From contig NC_068993.1 in NCBI RefSeq assembly GCF_001194135.2, positions 4,953,930-5,017,929 on the forward strand: a DNA stretch of 64,000 nt. Direction: 5' to 3'. This DNA comes from Octopus bimaculoides. Its lineage: Eukaryota. The position numbers and the translations under genes were made by a program. Within the stretch, counting starts at the first letter, position 1, and each line of letters starts with the position of its first letter. Shown piece after piece: positions 60,823 through 64,000 of this stretch. The notes under the pieces were generated by a model. It ran no database searches and was not told the DNA's origin. It was given only the letters and a program-made list of their open reading frames with translations.

Positions 60823-61199
60823 TGTCTATCTCCTTACCTTCTTGGAGATTTTAGGTAAAACTACACTAATGTGTCCATCTGTTTTAATTTAATTTAATAC
60901 TATGTCTTTGTGCAGATGAGGATTGTTCTGCATTTTAAATTGATGTAATGATTGCATTGTTTAATTAAATGTAGTTGCTTGAAACAATCGTACTGCATTA
61001 CCTCTGGATATCCTTGTTGTTTATTTTGATTTTAATCACCTTATTTTGAAATTGTATGGATAATACCGTACTAAATTTATTGCTGAAGAACCTACATAAA
61101 TGATTTGTTTATAGTAATCAAATGTTTGTGTTGTTCATCAGTTCATGCATTTCATCTGACTGATGTTGCCTAAACAGGTGCATGGTGTACCACACATCA

Positions 61200-61300
61200 G
61201 GCTTCAATGTGATTGCTCAAAAACACAATGCACCACCCAATCCAGGGATTGAAACCACAGTCCTGTGATCATGAGTGCAAACACCCTTAGCCACTAGGCC
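61200..61300 (-). mobile_element. S2-type tRNA-like head
   Basis: Reverse complement TGGCCTAGTGGCTAAGGG (A box)...GGTTTCAATCCC (B box)...GTGTTTTTGAGCAA. Confidence 0.6.
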
Positions 61301-62689
61301 AAGGACCATTACTCACTGTAGAAATGACTATTAGATAAGTAGTAAAATAGTTCAGTAAATGATGCTCAAAGGAGAATTTCATTGTTTTCTGTGTCCATAG
61401 TTTATGTGGTTTATTCAGATTGATTTGTTGAAAGGATATCTTGAAAATAATCTGTGTTTGTGCCGAGCCTAGCATTCATCTTGAAATGTTTCAATGGCTC
61501 TTCCGGTGGTTTGTCTGCCCCAATCAAAGTTAATTGCAGCAGCAACAAAACAATAATTACATTCTCGTTATTTTTACTGCCATAGCTATTTTAATAACAT
61601 GTCATCCATGAAATGCGTGTTTGGAAATGAGAAATAATTCTTTAAATAAATAGCTCTCGATGTCAGAGTCACTACAATGAATCACATCTGTCTTTCATCG
61701 TGACTCATATTAAATGTGTGACTCTTGTGGTCATAAATTATTCAAATAGAGATATTCATTAATGAGTGACTGCTTTCAGGAATCTTGCTTCGTCTTTCCG
61801 ATGCCGCCACAAAAGAGGGTTAATGACAATGAATCAAAATAACTGTTGTGTTTAATGACTACTTCTTTTTGTCGCTGCTGATGTTGTTGATGTCGTTGTT
61901 GTTGTTGTGGTTATTTTTGTTTTTTGTTTCTTCACCCATGTTAAAATTGGAAACTTACTTGCAGTTAGTGTCGGAGCAAAATCAATCGACTCAAAATTAA
62001 TACCATTCACCAATTTAGCTCTTCACAGAACTCTCGCTATTTCTGCGTCTATCGGAACAAAATTTCTTTGTCCATTGATTCCAATTACAGAATTTTTCAC
62101 TACATGTTGACTTCTTCACAGGATTCTCACTTCAACATAGAAAACCAAATTACAACAACAACAACAACAACAACAACAATAATAATAATAATAATAACAA
62201 CAACAAAAAAATGGAAATATTGTATTAAAAAAATATTTTCAAGTAACCGACACTGTTATTGAGCAAACTGGAAAATATTTGCCAGAATGAATCTTATTCA
62301 GGCCAACAGAAGAATTTCAGCTAATTGGCATTAATTTTTATTTATTTATTTATTCATTCTTTTAAATGTTGTTTTCCTTTTTTTATTTCAACACATTTTG
62401 AAGTGAAAAATTTCAAAGTTAATACAATTATTCTTCGTTGTTGTCTTTATTTCTTAGAGGAAATATGAATTATTCCTACATTCAATTTTGAAGCTTATTC
62501 TGCAAATAAAAATTAAATTAAAAAACAAAAAAAAAGCATTTGAATAAAGTTCAAAAAAAGAAAGACATGAAATAATATTTTTGAAAGAATTTTAGTTTTT
62601 TATCATAAAATTATCAACATTTTGTGAGGCAGTGTTGTTGTTTTTCTCTCTATTTCTTGTACGAGTCACTGAATGCACACAAATGCATT

Positions 62690-63170
62690 TCTCATGTGTG
62701 TGTGTGTATCTGTGTATACGCACACATATACTCAGTCACACACATATGTACACACAAAAAAACAGGCATGAAATATGTTTGAACTCGTACACACATATCT
62801 TTGCTTATCTTTGTATGCATGTGTGTGTGTATATATATCTATGTATGTATGCGTATGTATATAGATGTGCATACATAGGTGTGTGTGTGTGTGTATGAAT
62901 GTATGTGTGTATGTATGTATGTGTACATGCATGCCAGTGTGTGTATATAAGTGTAAATGTGTGTGTGAGTGTATGTGTATGTGTGTGTTGTGTGTGTGTC
63001 AGTGTGTGTGTGTAGGTGTGTGGACATAATTTACATTTATTATCAGTAAATGTTGAATGGTCAAAATGTGTATATGTGTGTGTGCATGCAGTGTGTGTGC
63101 ATGCAGTGTGTGTGTGTGTATGTGTGTGCCTGTGTTGTGTGTGTGCATGTGGTGTGTGTATGTGTATGTA
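62690..63170. repeat. (TG)/(TA) microsatellite mosaic
   Basis: Directly visible. Confidence 0.92.
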
Positions 63171-63289
63171 CTTGGGTGGTCAAAGTTCAAATGCTGCCAC
63201 AGTCTATGTGGATGGTAGACTCAGTCCATTACGTCATTTAACACCATCACTGACACCTTAAACACTTTTAGCAGAATCCACGTTATGGC

Positions 63290-63500
63290 ATTCATTCACC
63301 ATCATCATCATCACCACCACCATCATCACCATCACCATCATCATCATCATCACCACCATCATACCCATCATCATTTAACATCTGTTGAACCATGCTGGCA
63401 TGAGTTGTATGGTTTGACCAGGGCTGCTAAGCTGAGGGGCTGCACCAGACTCCGGTCTGATTTGGCAAGGGATTTACGGGCTGGATGCCCTTCCTAGCGC
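63290..63500 (-). mobile_element. RTE-type LINE 3' UTR (R1) with expanded (CAT/CAC)n tail
   Basis: CATTTAACATCTG...CCATGCTGGCATG...GGCTGCACCAGACTCC...CTGGATGCCCTTCCTAGCGCCAA. Confidence 0.8.
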
Positions 63501-63519
63501 CAAAGTGCACCACCAGACA

Positions 63520-63790
63520 TGGACCCTGCAACTTGCCAAACAGTTTATCATGCTTTGAGGAAAGCAGCTCTGTAAAAAGCTGAAACAGGTAAGACAAGTG
63601 TTTAGTCTTGCTGGATGGGATGAACTTTCTAGTACTGTAAAGCGTGAGAGAATCTTAGGCAAGTTATTCCACTTCAGTGCAGCTATTGCTCTCTTCAATC
63701 AGTAAACTCTCACAACGCTTCATCGCCATTCTTTGCTCCCTCCAAGCTCTTACCTGTGGCAATTGGTCTTATTAAACACCTTACGGCTTT
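63520..63790 (-). pseudogene. Possible decayed L2/CR1-group LINE C-terminal fragment
   Basis: LIRPIAT... and VLESSSHPARL...SFLQSCFPQSMINCL loosely resemble L2-type endings (IL.D.SHP.H...NSF.P.AI). Weak. Confidence 0.3.
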
Positions 63791-63811
63791 TATTGCACTT
63801 TCACAACAAAG

Positions 63812-63968
63812 AAGAAAGGGCACCGGCCAGCCCAAAGGTTGGGGTGGGCCCTAACTGCCTACCTCGGTTGCTATGGTATTGAGGTAGATCTGGTCACACT
63901 CCCCAACCATCCTGCTAATGGGGACAAAATCTTGATTTAAAACACTGGATAATGATGGTGATGATGAT
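63812..63968 (+). mobile_element. Retroelement 3' end, family R3
   Basis: Inverse homolog of 3268-3420, ending GATTTAAAACACTGGATAATGATGGTGATGATG. Confidence 0.65.
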
Positions 63969-64000
63969 TTGACAGTTAGCAGGCCAAAACTTCGAAGTCA

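Overview
Eukaryotic, very AT-rich, microsatellite-dense DNA from a draft assembly. Most N-gaps are flanked by (TA)n. The repeat families look like those of an octopod cephalopod (Octopus); this is recognition, not a database result. I found no host protein-coding exon, tRNA, rRNA or CRISPR array that I can support, so the window is probably intergenic or inside a large intron. Most ORFs in the track are artefacts of microsatellites or N-gaps. Supported content: (1) dozens of copies of three tRNA-like SINE families, here called S1, S2 and S3, plus 3' ends of RTE-type LINEs. (2) Decayed coding fragments of six transposon types: RTE, HERO-type restriction-like endonuclease, Penelope-like RT, Penelope-like GIY-YIG, hAT transposase and mariner transposase. 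Two CR1/L2-like remnants are weaker calls. (3) MITEs: a 75-bp TIR-only mariner palindrome and a TTAA-flanked piggyBac-type element. (4) The most interesting signal is a set of short repeats, mostly (TA)n-associated, carrying minimal type I hammerhead-ribozyme motifs. One at 37447-37486 (- strand) has a complete fold with palindromic stem III. This suggests Penelope-derived or retrozyme-like self-cleaving elements. Repeat boundaries are read by eye (+/-10-20 bp) unless a TSD or TIR fixes them.
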